Part shown: one piece after another, positions 29,350 to 39,479 of the stretch | Position numbering within the stretch: position 1 is the first letter of the stretch | How the letters are laid out: every line of letters starts with the position of its first letter | Source: a bacterium | GTDB lineage: Bacteria > Elusimicrobiota > Elusimicrobia > Elusimicrobiales > UBA9959 | Assembly: GCA_021789695.1 (NCBI GenBank) | Contig: JAJYJH010000012.1 | Coordinates: forward strand, 4,991 to 68,990 | Direction of reading: 5' to 3' | Length of the DNA stretch: 64,000 nt | The notes under the pieces: model-generated | Databases searched by the model: none | What the model was told of the DNA's origin: nothing | The model's input: the letters and a program-made list of their open reading frames with translations, nothing else | Program-made: the position numbers and the translations under genes

Positions 29350-29389
29350 AAAGAAAAACCCTCCGGTTTCCCCGGAGGGCTTTTCTTTT
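29350..29389. terminator. Bidirectional Rho-independent terminator
   Basis: AAAGAAAAA-CCCTCCGG-TTTCC-CCGGAGGG-CTTTTCTTTT. Confidence 0.85.
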
Positions 29390-29403
29390 GTCTCCGGCGG
29401 GTC

Positions 29404-30465
29404 TTACCTTATCTTTCCGTCGACGCCGAAGATGTATGCGATCAGGGCCGCGCGCGCCCACATTCCGTTGCGCTCCTGGCGCCAGTACATCGCGCGCGGG
29501 TCGGCGTCCACGGCTACGTCTATCTCGTGGCGGCGCGGCAGCGGGTGCATTATGATGCAGTTCTCCTTGATGTCCTTCAGGTGTTCCCTTTTGAAGTAAA
29601 AAGGCGAGTAGTCCACGGCCTTGCTTTCGCCGGCCTTGTCGTGCTCGTCCTGGATGCGCGTCATGTAGATGGCGTCGGCCGTCCTCATCGCGCCTTTGAA
29701 GTCCTCTGTCTCCTCGTACGGGATGCCGTGCCGCTTCAGGAACTCCAGTATGTCCGGCTCCATCCTGAACTCCTTCGGCGAGACGAAAGAAAGCCTTATC
29801 CCTGAATAGTTCTTCATCAGGTACGACAGCGAGCGCACGGTGCGGCCGCGCTTCAGGTCGCCAACCATCACGACGTGCCTGCCGTCCAGATCCCCGTTGA
29901 AGCTGCGGTAGAGCGTGTAGACGTCCAGCAGCGCCTGCGTCGGGTGCTGGTCCTTGCCGGAGCCGCCGTTGACCACCGGCACCGGACGCCCGGTGCGGTT
30001 CATCAGCCACGCGGTCTTCTCCACGAAGTTCGGCGCCGGGTGGCGCATTATGATCATATCTACGTAGCTCGAGAACGTGCGCACGGTGTCCTCGGGCGTC
30101 TCTCCCTTTACCTCGGAGGAGGTGCTGGTGTCGCGGATCTCGCTGGTCTTGACGCCAATGACATGGCAGGCGTTAAGGAACGACATGAACGTGCGGGTGG
30201 AGGGCTGGGCGAAATAGAGCATCGCGCGCTTGTCCGAGAGCAGGCCGGAGACGTAGTCGGCGCCGTCCTTGTGTTGCGTCACCTCGCGCAGCCTGTCGGC
30301 GGTACGGAACAGCAGCGTCAGCAGGTCGCGGTTGAACTGCTGGGCGAACAGGCAGTCGTAGACGCGGCCGTCCTTGTTGAAGAATGGGACTTTGTCGGAG
30401 ACGGGACGTGGGTAAAAATTCTCCCAGTCGGGCTGCACGCTGGTCATTTCCTGCGTTCTCTGCAT
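29404..30465 (-). CDS. pyrB: Aspartate carbamoyltransferase
   Basis: 'FAQPSTRT', 'KGET', 'DQHPTQALLD', 'GDLKRGRTVRSL', 'YMTRIQ', 'MHPLPR'. Confidence 0.96.
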   Translation of the reverse strand: MQRTQEMTSVQPDWENFYPRPVSDKVPFFNKDGRVYDCLFAQQFNRDLLTLLFRTADRLREVTQHKDGADYVSGLLSDKRAMLYFAQPSTRTFMSFLNACHVIGVKTSEIRDTSTSSEVKGETPEDTVRTFSSYVDMIIMRHPAPNFVEKTAWLMNRTGRPVPVVNGGSGKDQHPTQALLDVYTLYRSFNGDLDGRHVVMVGDLKRGRTVRSLSYLMKNYSGIRLSFVSPKEFRMEPDILEFLKRHGIPYEETEDFKGAMRTADAIYMTRIQDEHDKAGESKAVDYSPFYFKREHLKDIKENCIIMHPLPRRHEIDVAVDADPRAMYWRQERNGMWARAALIAYIFGVDGKIR

Positions 30466-30553
30466 CGTTCCTCCTTGCGGACATAGGCGGACCGCCCGTC
30501 GGACGGAGCGCGCCGGCGGGCGGTCTATGCGGCGCGGACGCGCCGGCCGGCGT

Positions 30554-31072
30554 TCAGTTCTTCCTTATCAGGTCCAGCAGGAACAGGCGGTGGCCGCGCC
30601 CCAGCCTGACCTTGGCCAGCACGGAGCCGCTGCTGGCGCCCCTGCGGGGGTCGTCCTCGTTGAGATAGAAGCGCTCTATCCCGTACCTTATCCTGGCGCC
30701 GAAAGAGAAGGGGCCGCGCGTCAGTTCGCCGCGCGCCCAGAGCCCGTCCGGGCCCGGGGCCTTCGCGCAATCCGTCGTCCCGTAGACCGGGACCTGTCCC
30801 TCCGGAGTGGCCGCCCTGACTCCGGTGTCCGCGAGGCGCACGTAGAGAGGCCCGGTGTGGGCGGCGCCCTTCAGGAGGGCCGCGCAGACCTCCGGGCGGC
30901 CTATGGGGTAATTGAGGGCCACAAAGGTCCCCGCCAGCAGGTCCCGCGGGTCCACAGGCTCGGTCTCCAGGTAAAAATCCCCGGCGGAGGTCCCCCTGGA
31001 ACTGACGAGCCAGCCGCCCCAGGCGGCGAAGAACAGCAGCTGCGCGGCCAGTACGTATTTCAGGCGGACCAT
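30554..31072 (-). CDS. GDYXXLXY-family membrane-anchored protein
   Basis: 'LETEPVDPRDLLAGTFVALNY', 'IRYGIERFY'. Paired with a DUF2157 gene. Confidence 0.85.
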   Translation of the reverse strand: MVRLKYVLAAQLLFFAAWGGWLVSSRGTSAGDFYLETEPVDPRDLLAGTFVALNYPIGRPEVCAALLKGAAHTGPLYVRLADTGVRAATPEGQVPVYGTTDCAKAPGPDGLWARGELTRGPFSFGARIRYGIERFYLNEDDPRRGASSGSVLAKVRLGRGHRLFLLDLIRKN

Positions 31073-32412
31073 TTATGGCCTCCGGCCGCTTGTATTATGG
31101 CCTTGCGGCCCTTGTTGAGGAACCAAGCCAGCGCGGCGAAGAGCAGCCCGGTGCCGATGAAACCCAGGCCGCTGCGCAGCATGCTGCCGAAAAGGTCGAG
31201 GAAACGCGTCAGGGCTATCAGCGCTATAAAGAAGACGCCGGTGTTTATACGCTTTTCATTGTTCTCCTGCGCGCCGTTCCAGATAAGTCCGGCGCCGGCG
31301 GCCGCTATCAGCAGGTTGGCCAGTATGGCAATGGTTTTGGCGCCCGAAGTGGTGGCGCCGAAGAGCAGGAAGGCGGCCGGCATCGGGGCTATCAGGGCCG
31401 TCCTGAAGGCCGCCCGCCAGCGCCCGTCCAGTTCGGGAGCCAGCGGCCTGAAGATGGCCGAGAGCAGTGCGGCGGCGAACATGACCCATATCAGGACCGC
31501 TCCGGCCGGCCGCACCGTCCACCGGGACAATCCGGGGTTGAAGTGCCAGAAGAAGGTCATCGCGTACACCGTGAGCAGCCAGGCCAGGTGCGGCAGGCGG
31601 CTCTCCAGTCTCTCCTCGGGCGGGGTCCAGGCTATCCACAGCGCCGCGGCGGAAGAGACGGCCAGCATCATCAGGGCGGGGCTGCCGGCGTGCAGCGGGG
31701 TCTCGTACACCAAAAGCAGCAGCACCCAGGCGAGGGCGGCGCCCAGCACGCGCATGGTCCCGTGGCAGCGGCGGTAGAGGGCCGTGCCCGCGCCGGCGCC
31801 CAGCACGGCCAGCGCCAGCGCCCAGCGCCACCAGGGCGGTGCCGGGACCGGCGCGGCGGCAATCGCCAGCGGGTTTCCCCCGGAGAGCGACATTATGGCG
31901 CCGCCGCCGAGGGTGCCGGTGAAGAGACAGACGAAAAGCAGTACAGCGGTCAGCCAGGCTGTGAGCCTGCGGGGGGCCAGCAGCGCTACCGGCAGCTCCA
32001 AGGCCGCCCAGACCAGCAGCGGCCTGACCGGGTCTCCGCTCAGTTGGAAGATCTGGGCGTAAAGACCTATACCTGCGGCCGGCAGGAAGAACCAGAGCAC
32101 CTCGGCCGGCACCGCGACGGCGGGCTTCTCCTGGAAACCCAGGGCGGTCATCCCGGCGGCCGCCAGGAGCAGCAGGAAGCCGCCTATCTTGATCATGACG
32201 CCCAACTTATCCCAGTTGTGCGCGACTATGAGCGTAAGGCCGATGGCTATGAAGAGCCCGGAAAAGGCGGCTATGAGGTAAGAGGCCTTCCAAGCGGAGA
32301 CGGGGCGTTTTTCCAAAGCCATGTCGTAGACCTTCCCGGCCTGTTCGGACGTGATTAAGCCCGCGGCCGCGGCTCCAGCCAGGTCGTTCTTCAGTCTCTT
32401 GTAATAGGACAT
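31060..32412 (-). CDS. DUF2157 domain membrane protein
   Basis: 'GLITSEQA', 'GLTLIVAHNWDKL', 'GIGLYAQIFQ', C-terminal 'RFLDLFGSMLRSGLGFI'. Confidence 0.85.
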   Translation of the reverse strand: MSYYKRLKNDLAGAAAAGLITSEQAGKVYDMALEKRPVSAWKASYLIAAFSGLFIAIGLTLIVAHNWDKLGVMIKIGGFLLLLAAAGMTALGFQEKPAVAVPAEVLWFFLPAAGIGLYAQIFQLSGDPVRPLLVWAALELPVALLAPRRLTAWLTAVLLFVCLFTGTLGGGAIMSLSGGNPLAIAAAPVPAPPWWRWALALAVLGAGAGTALYRRCHGTMRVLGAALAWVLLLLVYETPLHAGSPALMMLAVSSAAALWIAWTPPEERLESRLPHLAWLLTVYAMTFFWHFNPGLSRWTVRPAGAVLIWVMFAAALLSAIFRPLAPELDGRWRAAFRTALIAPMPAAFLLFGATTSGAKTIAILANLLIAAAGAGLIWNGAQENNEKRINTGVFFIALIALTRFLDLFGSMLRSGLGFIGTGLLFAALAWFLNKGRKAIIQAAGGHKWSA

Positions 32413-32517
32413 GTATCCTTAAACCGCTAGAAACTGCCCCTCGCGGAAATTATATTAAAACAGGCGGCTGCAAAGGAAGCGCGCAGCCGCGGATTTTGTA
32501 TCATTGTCGTTGCGTCT

Positions 32518-34419
32518 ATGATGGAAGAAGGAGCGAAGGCCGGGTCTGCGGAGCGCGGGTTTTTTTTAGCCCGCGTGCCGGCGCGGATTTTCATCGGGGC
32601 GCTGCTGGCGCTCTCGGCCGCCGGCGCGGCCGCGCTGGACAGGATGTATTATGTCGGGTACTTCAACGACGACGCCTCCTTCGTGCTGCTGTCCCGTTCG
32701 CTCTGGGAGCATCTCCGCGAGCTTTCCGGCCTTGGCTTCGGCGGGGCCTTCTCGCATTTTCTGCCTGGCTACCCGCTTTTCCTGCTGCCTTTTTCCGCGG
32801 CCTTCGCTCCGCACTGGGCCTGGCTGAGCTGGACCAGCGCCGGGCTTTCGCTGCTGAGCGTCTGGGGCCTGTGGCTGCTGCTGGACGGGTGGCTTTCCGA
32901 GGAGGACAGGCGCTGGACCGCGCTGCTCTACGCCGTGCACCCGCTTTTCCTGGTGGATTCGGGGATAGTGATGGCGGACCCGTTCCTGACCTGCCTGTTC
33001 GTCTACGGACTGCTGGGGCTGCGCCTCGTCCTGGAGGGGGGCGGCGCCTGGGCCTGGTTCCTGTTGACCGGGGCTTCGTTCTGGGCTCCGGCCAGCAAGC
33101 CGATAGGAGCGCTTCTGCCTTGCGCGCTCACGGCCGGACTGGCGGCCGCCGGGCCCTCCGGGCGCCGGCCGCTGCGCCGGCTGTTGCTGTGGTTCTGGCT
33201 GCCCTGCGCGGGGGCGGCGGCGTATTACCTGCTGGCGCGCAGTTCCCCTACCGACTATATCGGCTACCTGTTGCACGGCCTGGCGGCGCTGGGGGGACAG
33301 CCGCTGTGGCCGCGGGTCTACGGGTTGTTCCACGATTTCGTGCTGTATTGCGGGCTGGGCGTGGGCTGGCCGCGCGGCGGTTTCTGGGACCTCTCCGGTT
33401 CCGCCGTCATAGCCGCGGTGCTGTACTTCCTTTTCAAGGGCATGGGGCGGCTCCTCTCCGGAGAGGGCCCGGGGCGTTCCGCCGCCCTGGCGGCGGCGGC
33501 GCTGCTGCTCGGGCAGGGACTGGTGATGTCCGTCTGGACTGTCTATTCCGACCGCTACGCGCTGCCGATGCTGCCGCTGGCCCTGCTCTTCTTCGCGGCC
33601 GGAGTCCGCGCCTCCTGGGAAGCCAGGCCTGCGGCCGGGCGCGCGCTGCTGGCGCTGCTGGCGGCGGGTTTCGCTGTGCACAGCGTCCAGATAGCGGTCG
33701 GCCTCCACAGGTCGCCGCGCCGTGAGAACATGCTGCCCGCGCGCACGATGGAATGGATACGGCTCAACACCCCGCCCGCCAGCCGCTTCGTCGGGGAGTC
33801 CCCGCTGGTGGCGCTTTACACCGGGCGCAGCGGGGACGGGCTTTTCGGCGCGCGCGACCTGGATATGTACCTGGAGCGCCTGGCGCGCTCGCGCATAGAC
33901 TACGCGCTGGTGACCGACCGGAAGATTCTTTCCACCAAGGGCTCGTTCGAGAACGACCAAGGGCTCCAGAAAAGCCTGGAACGCGGCTGGATAGCCGGGC
34001 ATCCACGCCTCTTCCGGCTGCTCCATGTCGAGGACGGGGAACGGACCGCCGTGTACAAGGTGGAGCTGCCTGCGGGCTGGGACGGGGCCTTCGTCCTTTA
34101 CGCCGGGTCCCTGGCCAGGATAAAGGCCGGGAACATGGCGGTGGCGGAGAAAGACCTGCGCTCGGCCCTGGCGGCGGTGCCGGATTTCCCCTCTGCACTG
34201 CTGGCGCTGGCCGCCGTGGAGCTGGTGCGCGGCGAACCTCCGGCCGGGGCAGAGAAACTGCTGCGCAGGGCGTTGGAACTGGAACCTGACTACCCCGAGG
34301 CTTCGCGCGCGCTGGCGGAACTGCTGGACCACCTGGGCCGCAGAAACGAGGCGGAGGCCGTGCGCGCCCGCGCCAGGGCGGCGCTTTCGCTGACGCCCTT
34401 TTCCGCCCCGGAGCGCTGA
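32518..34419 (+). CDS. GT-C (ArnT/PMT-like) membrane glycosyltransferase with C-terminal TPRs
   Basis: First loop 'YFNDDASFVLLSRSL', 'PGYPL', 'MADP', 'DRYALP', then TPRs. Confidence 0.7.
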   Translation: MMEEGAKAGSAERGFFLARVPARIFIGALLALSAAGAAALDRMYYVGYFNDDASFVLLSRSLWEHLRELSGLGFGGAFSHFLPGYPLFLLPFSAAFAPHWAWLSWTSAGLSLLSVWGLWLLLDGWLSEEDRRWTALLYAVHPLFLVDSGIVMADPFLTCLFVYGLLGLRLVLEGGGAWAWFLLTGASFWAPASKPIGALLPCALTAGLAAAGPSGRRPLRRLLLWFWLPCAGAAAYYLLARSSPTDYIGYLLHGLAALGGQPLWPRVYGLFHDFVLYCGLGVGWPRGGFWDLSGSAVIAAVLYFLFKGMGRLLSGEGPGRSAALAAAALLLGQGLVMSVWTVYSDRYALPMLPLALLFFAAGVRASWEARPAAGRALLALLAAGFAVHSVQIAVGLHRSPRRENMLPARTMEWIRLNTPPASRFVGESPLVALYTGRSGDGLFGARDLDMYLERLARSRIDYALVTDRKILSTKGSFENDQGLQKSLERGWIAGHPRLFRLLHVEDGERTAVYKVELPAGWDGAFVLYAGSLARIKAGNMAVAEKDLRSALAAVPDFPSALLALAAVELVRGEPPAGAEKLLRRALELEPDYPEASRALAELLDHLGRRNEAEAVRARARAALSLTPFSAPER

Positions 34420-34450
34420 GGCCGGCTTAAGACCCGGCCGTCCCTGTTTT

Positions 34451-36211
34451 ATGGAATTCAGTTTCATGCGCCGCGGCAGGTTCTACGACACGCTCGGCTG
34501 GGTCTCTTTCGCCTTGGCCTGCGCGGTATTCCTGCTGCCGATAGTCAACCCGGACATCTACTGGCACCTAGCGGCGGGCAGGTACGCCGTCTCGCGGCTG
34601 ACGCTGCCAGGCCGGGATGTCTTCTCCTGGACCATGGCCGGCAGGCGTTGGACCGACTTCGAATGGCTGTCGCAGGTCGTCTATTACCTGCTCTACCTGG
34701 CCGGGGGCTGGCGCGCGCTGCAGTTCCTCAAGGCCCTGATGCTGGCGCTGACGCTGCTGGTCTTCCGGCGCGCGGCGCTGCTGCACGGCCAGAAGACCGC
34801 GCTGCCGCTGCTGCTGCCGTTCTTCGCGCTGGGGATACTCTCCAACTGCGACCTGAGGCCGGAGAACTTCACGCTGCTGTTCTTCGCGGTTACGTTCTAT
34901 TTCCTGGAGAAGCGCAGGCTCGCAGGGGAGGAGTGGAAAGGGCCGGGCGCGGCCGCGGCCTTCGCCTTCTTCGCGCTCTGGGCCAATCTGCACGCCGGCT
35001 TTTTTTACGGCCTGGCCTTGACCGGCCTTTACGCCGCAGGGGAGCTAGCGTCCGCGCCCCGGTTTCCGCGGCTGGGCCTTTCTTCCAGACTGACGCCCGC
35101 CGCGACCGGCTATCTGAAGGTCTTCTTTTCCGGGCTGGCAGCCAGCTTCGTCAATCCTTATGGTTGGCGGGTCTATTCGGTGGTCCTGAATCATGAGCGC
35201 TACAGCGCCGCGCTGCGGGCCCATATACGCGAATGGGCGCCCTTTTCGCCCGGCAATCCCTACCAGTGGCCTTACGCGCTGGCGCTGGCCGGCGCGCTGG
35301 CGGCCATCCTGTTCTTCGCCCTGCGCCGCCGCAGCACGGTCTGGCACCACGCAGGAACGCTGCTGTTCTTCGGCTGGCTCTCCCTTTCCTACAGCCGCAA
35401 TATACCGTTCTTTATGATAACGGCCCCGGTCTGCGCGCTGGCGCTCCCGTGGGGCAGGCCCGGCCCGCGCGGCGCCCGCGCGCTGGCCTGGGCCGCGGTA
35501 CCGGGCGCCGCCCTGCTGCTGTGTTTCTGGGCGGTCTTCGTCCTGCCGCAGTATTCGGCCGCGCCGCGCCTGGAGAAGTGGGGCTCGCCCGGACTGGCCG
35601 CTTTCCTGCGTTCGGAAAAAAAGGAGCTCTCCGGGCTCAGGCTCTACAATCCCTGGGGCTGGGGCGGCTGGCTGGAGTGGGAACTGTATCCGGATTACAG
35701 GACCTTCGTGGACGGCCGCTATTTGTTCCACGGCAGGATAGACGAGATAGCCGGTCTGGACGTGAGCGCCGCCAACTGGCGCCGGTTTGCGGAGAGATAC
35801 GGCTTCGGGCTGATGCTGCTGAAGACTGGCTGGCCCGAAGTGCCGGTGCGGCAGCGGCTGCCGGACGGCAGCGAGAGAGTCTTCCGGCGCCCGGCCTACC
35901 TGTTCTATCTGCCGGCGGCAGACTGGGCCGTAGTTTACTGGGACCGCCGCTCGGCCGTTCTGGCGCGGCGTTCGTCGGTCCCGCCGGCCTGGCTGAAGGC
36001 GCACGAACTGCGCTACCTGCGTCCGGGCGACCTGCCCAGCCTGGAGGCGGCTGCGCTGGCCGGGGCGGTGCCCATCCCCGAACTGCACAGGGAGCTGGGC
36101 GTCTTCGAGCGGAGCCATCCCGGAGACGCGCCCCTGAACGCGGAACTGGCCGGTTTCGTGAGAGGGGTAGGGGAACTTTGCTCGGGGAAGGGGGCGAAAT
36201 GCGCGGAATAA
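34451..36211 (+). CDS. GT-C-like polytopic membrane protein
   Basis: 'NPDIYWHLAAGRY', 'EWLSQ', 'RPE', 'WANLHAGF', 'NPYG', 'IREW', 'WGGWL', 'FVDGR'. Confidence 0.7.
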   Translation: MEFSFMRRGRFYDTLGWVSFALACAVFLLPIVNPDIYWHLAAGRYAVSRLTLPGRDVFSWTMAGRRWTDFEWLSQVVYYLLYLAGGWRALQFLKALMLALTLLVFRRAALLHGQKTALPLLLPFFALGILSNCDLRPENFTLLFFAVTFYFLEKRRLAGEEWKGPGAAAAFAFFALWANLHAGFFYGLALTGLYAAGELASAPRFPRLGLSSRLTPAATGYLKVFFSGLAASFVNPYGWRVYSVVLNHERYSAALRAHIREWAPFSPGNPYQWPYALALAGALAAILFFALRRRSTVWHHAGTLLFFGWLSLSYSRNIPFFMITAPVCALALPWGRPGPRGARALAWAAVPGAALLLCFWAVFVLPQYSAAPRLEKWGSPGLAAFLRSEKKELSGLRLYNPWGWGGWLEWELYPDYRTFVDGRYLFHGRIDEIAGLDVSAANWRRFAERYGFGLMLLKTGWPEVPVRQRLPDGSERVFRRPAYLFYLPAADWAVVYWDRRSAVLARRSSVPPAWLKAHELRYLRPGDLPSLEAAALAGAVPIPELHRELGVFERSHPGDAPLNAELAGFVRGVGELCSGKGAKCAE

Positions 36212-37434
36212 TCAGGGGAATGAGGGAGCACCCGCTGGCGCTGTTCCCGGATTTCCGGCGTATGTTCGCCGGGCGTACGATCTCGGCCGTCGGGGACAAG
36301 TTCTTCTCGATAGCCATAGCCTGGTGGGTGCTCTCGTCCGGAGGCGGCAGGTCCAAATTTCATCTGGGCCTGATTATGGGAATGAACGTGCTGCCGGTGG
36401 TGCTGTTCGGGCCGCTGCTGGGCACACTGGCCGACCGCTCCGACAAGCGCAGGGTAATGCTGACGGCCGACGCGGCGCGCGCGGCCTTGGTGTTTGTCCT
36501 GGCCATGCTCCTGCTGGCGGGGAGGCTGACACTGCCCCTGCTCTACGCGCTCTGCTTCTGCATAGCTGGTTTCGGCCCGCTGTTCGAGTCGGCCGAAGCG
36601 GCCTCTATCCTGCGGCTCACGTCCGAGGAGATGATGCCGCAGGCGGTGGCCGCCGACTCTTCTATCCTGCAGCTCTCCAACGTAATCGGCTCGGCGCTGG
36701 GCAGCGTGCTGATGGCCGCGGCCGGAGTGGCAGGGGCTTTCCTGTTCAACGCCGCCGGCTACGCGGCCTCTTTTCTGGCCATCCTCGGTATTCGCACGCC
36801 GCTGGTCCCGGAGGCCAGGACCGAGAGCTCCTTCGTCGCGGAATTCCGCGAGGGGCTGGCTTATATACTGGGCAACAGGCCGCTGCTGATGCTGATCATA
36901 ACGTTCACGCTCTTCAACTTCTTCGTCGGGCCGATCATGCTGATAATCCCCATGATAGTGAAGTTCACTCTGAAGGCGTCCGTAACCTGGCTGGCCGTCT
37001 TCGAAGCTTTCTTCGCGGCCGGCTCGGCGGCGCTGGCGGCGGCGCTGAGCTTTAAGAAATCGTACGGGAACGTCTATGGCTGGTTTTTCGCCGCGCTGCT
37101 GGCGGTGGGAACGGCTTTCGGCGGGCTTTACTTCGCTTCGGACAAGTACGCCGTATGCGCCCTGCTTTTCGCCGCAGGCGGGGCGCTGGGGGCCGGCAAC
37201 GTGGTGCTGCTGACGCTGTTCCAGACAGCGGTGCCGGACGCCGTGAAGGGACGCTTCTTCTCTGTGCTGACCACGCTGGCCTACGCCGGGCTGCCGCTGG
37301 CCTTCATGGTCACCGGGCTCTTGGCGGAGCGCTTTTCGGTGGGCTTCTGTATAGCGCTGGACTCCTCGGCCGTGCTAGTCCTCTCTTTTATGGCGCTGGT
37401 CATCCCCAGGGTAGAATACGGCGACGGGGCGTGA
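36199..37434 (+). CDS. MFS transporter (DHA3/macrolide-efflux-like)
   Basis: 'DFRRMFAGRTISAVGD', motif A 'GTLADRSDKRRVM', 'EFREGLAYI', about 12 TMs. Confidence 0.9.
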   Translation: MRGIIRGMREHPLALFPDFRRMFAGRTISAVGDKFFSIAIAWWVLSSGGGRSKFHLGLIMGMNVLPVVLFGPLLGTLADRSDKRRVMLTADAARAALVFVLAMLLLAGRLTLPLLYALCFCIAGFGPLFESAEAASILRLTSEEMMPQAVAADSSILQLSNVIGSALGSVLMAAAGVAGAFLFNAAGYAASFLAILGIRTPLVPEARTESSFVAEFREGLAYILGNRPLLMLIITFTLFNFFVGPIMLIIPMIVKFTLKASVTWLAVFEAFFAAGSAALAAALSFKKSYGNVYGWFFAALLAVGTAFGGLYFASDKYAVCALLFAAGGALGAGNVVLLTLFQTAVPDAVKGRFFSVLTTLAYAGLPLAFMVTGLLAERFSVGFCIALDSSAVLVLSFMALVIPRVEYGDGA

Positions 37435-37472
37435 AAAAGGCCGGCGGACGGCCGCCGGCCTTTTTCACGCCC
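37427..37472. terminator. Bidirectional terminator, 21-bp perfect inverted repeat
   Basis: GGGCGTGAAAAAGGCCGGCGG-ACGG-CCGCCGGCCTTTTTCACGCCC between convergent genes. Confidence 0.85.
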
Positions 37473-37482
37473 GCCGCGGCGG

Positions 37483-38661
37483 TCAGGTCCGCACTATCCT
37501 CGTGCCCGCGATCAGGTCGTGCCAGGTGCGGTGGTCCTTCTCCCAGAGCGCCCAGACGTAGCCCAGCAGCATGAACAGCGATACCAGCGAGAACAGCGTG
37601 CGCAGGAAGACCTTGTCCGCCGGCGCGGCCCCGCCTGTGTGGTAGTCCACCAGCTTCAACTTCGTTATCTTCATACCGGGCGTGGCGCCGAAGCGCCACA
37701 GTAGTATCGCGCCGTAGAGCGCCCAGACCAGCATTTTTACCGGCACCTCGCGGCCCTTCCTGCCGCCCGTGTTGAGCTGCGCGTCGCTATCGGAGGTCCA
37801 GACCTCGCCGTCCGAGCCTACCACGCTGGCGCCGTTCTTGCCGATGCTGATATGCGAGCCGTCCTTGCCCGACACCTCTATGCCGTTGCTGCCGATATGG
37901 ACGTTCTCCACCTTGATGTTAGGCGGCGCGGCTTTGCCGTGCCTGCTCGGGAAGCTGGCGGCGGGGCCGCTGTCGGCCAGGTCGAAGGTGCTCAATATTA
38001 TCATCACTATCACTACGTCCACTAACAGCGACAGCAGCCGGTGGAAGAAGCCGGCCCGCGGCGCCGGGGCGGCGGGTGCGGGCGGCTGCGGCGAAACTTC
38101 GGGGGCGGTTACCGGCGCCTCGCTGGGCGGCTGAGAGCCCACCGGCACCTCCCGCAGCACGCGAAAAACTTTTATTTTCTCGGGCACGCCCTTGAACTGG
38201 CGGTAGCCTATCTCGCTGGAGGGCACCTCGCGCTTGTTCATCGCCAGGTAGACGGCCTCGGTGAAGAACACCTCTCCGGCCTCAGCTATGCTTTCCAGCC
38301 GCGACGTGATGTTGACGGGGTCGCCGTAGACGTCCCCGTCGTCGTGCACGGCCACCTCGCCTGAGTTTATGGCGATGCGTATCTCTATGCGGTCCTGCTG
38401 GGCCCGCTCCGCGTTGTGCGCCCTGAGGACGTCCTGTATCTCCATGCCGCAGAGGACGGCGTCGGTCGGGCTGTCGAATGCCGCCAGGAACGCGTCGCCT
38501 ATCGTCTTGACCAGGCGGCCGCGGAACTTCTCTATTACCGGCAGCACCAGCTCGCGGTGCCGCGAGAGGAGCTCCTGGGTCTGCGCGCGGGAGAAGCCGG
38601 CCGTCTTGGACGTGAACCCCTTTATATCGGTCAGCATTATGGCCAGATTTCGCGTTTCCAT
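37483..38661 (-). CDS. Class III adenylate cyclase fused to an RDD domain
   Basis: 'AIMLTDIKGFT', 'VKTIGDAF', 'DVYGDPVNITSRLE'. RDD 'AGFFHRLLSLLVD...GATPGM...RTWHDLIAGTRIV'. Confidence 0.9.
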   Translation of the reverse strand: METRNLAIMLTDIKGFTSKTAGFSRAQTQELLSRHRELVLPVIEKFRGRLVKTIGDAFLAAFDSPTDAVLCGMEIQDVLRAHNAERAQQDRIEIRIAINSGEVAVHDDGDVYGDPVNITSRLESIAEAGEVFFTEAVYLAMNKREVPSSEIGYRQFKGVPEKIKVFRVLREVPVGSQPPSEAPVTAPEVSPQPPAPAAPAPRAGFFHRLLSLLVDVVIVMIILSTFDLADSGPAASFPSRHGKAAPPNIKVENVHIGSNGIEVSGKDGSHISIGKNGASVVGSDGEVWTSDSDAQLNTGGRKGREVPVKMLVWALYGAILLWRFGATPGMKITKLKLVDYHTGGAAPADKVFLRTLFSLVSLFMLLGYVWALWEKDHRTWHDLIAGTRIVRT

Positions 38662-38683
38662 GCTCTTTTTCCTTAAGCGCCCG

Positions 38684-39439
38684 TCAGGAAGGGTTGGGGA
38701 TGTCTATGAACTCTGTCTTCACGCGGAACTTCCTCTCCAGCAGTCCGGCCAGCGCCTGCACCCCGGGCTTCTCGGTGTTGTAGTGGCCGGCCGCTATGAA
38801 GTTGGAGCGCGTCTCGCGGGCGTGCTCCTGCACGAACTCGCCGGTTTCGCCGGTGACGTAGAGGTCGAGGCCGGCCGCCGTGGCCTGTTCGAACAGCCGG
38901 GCTGCGCCGCCGCTGACCGCGCCGACGGAGCGGATCCTTTCCGTCCCGAAGCGGAAGCAGAGCGGCTCGGCGTCCAGTTTTATGGCCAACTTCGCGGCTA
39001 TGTCGCCCAGCGCGAGGGGCCTTGGCAGCGTCCCTTTGAAACCTATCGTTTGAGCGTCGTGGGAGCCGAACGGCTTCAGGCCTTTCGCGCCCAGCATCGC
39101 GAGCAGGCGGGCGTTGTTGCCGACGACGGGGTGCCTGTCCAGCGGCAGGTGCCAGGCGGCCAGAGACAGGCCGCTGCCGAACAGCGCGGCCAGCTTGCGC
39201 CTGAACGGGCCGGTGAAGGGCTGTGAGCGGCCCCACAGCAGGCCGTGGTGCACTATCAGCATATCCGCCCCGCAGTCCGCCGCGCGCTTTATGCACTCCA
39301 GCGACGCTGAGACCCCGAAAGCTATCTTTCCCACCTCCTGCCGGCCCTCGGCCTGCAGCCCGTTCTGCGAGGCGTCCTTCACGTCCGCCGAACCCAGGTA
39401 GGAGTCTACGAATGAAACGATTTTATCCCTGTCCGCCAT
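38684..39439 (-). CDS. Nif3-like dinuclear metal center hexameric protein
   Basis: 'DASQNGLQAEG', 'IVHHGL', 'WHLPLDRH...GNN', 'AGHYNTE'. Confidence 0.93.
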   Translation of the reverse strand: MADRDKIVSFVDSYLGSADVKDASQNGLQAEGRQEVGKIAFGVSASLECIKRAADCGADMLIVHHGLLWGRSQPFTGPFRRKLAALFGSGLSLAAWHLPLDRHPVVGNNARLLAMLGAKGLKPFGSHDAQTIGFKGTLPRPLALGDIAAKLAIKLDAEPLCFRFGTERIRSVGAVSGGAARLFEQATAAGLDLYVTGETGEFVQEHARETRSNFIAAGHYNTEKPGVQALAGLLERKFRVKTEFIDIPNPS

Positions 39440-39479
39440 CGAACCTCCCCCGCGCCCGCCGGAGTCAGGCGGCCGCGCG

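Noticed and set aside
35233-37434. 733-aa ORF as an MFS fusion (likewise 48343-50298, 41198-42124 and 16399-17523)
   Set aside because: The upstream parts are off-frame read-through of neighbouring genes. Real starts are at 36199, 49099, 41659 and 17083.
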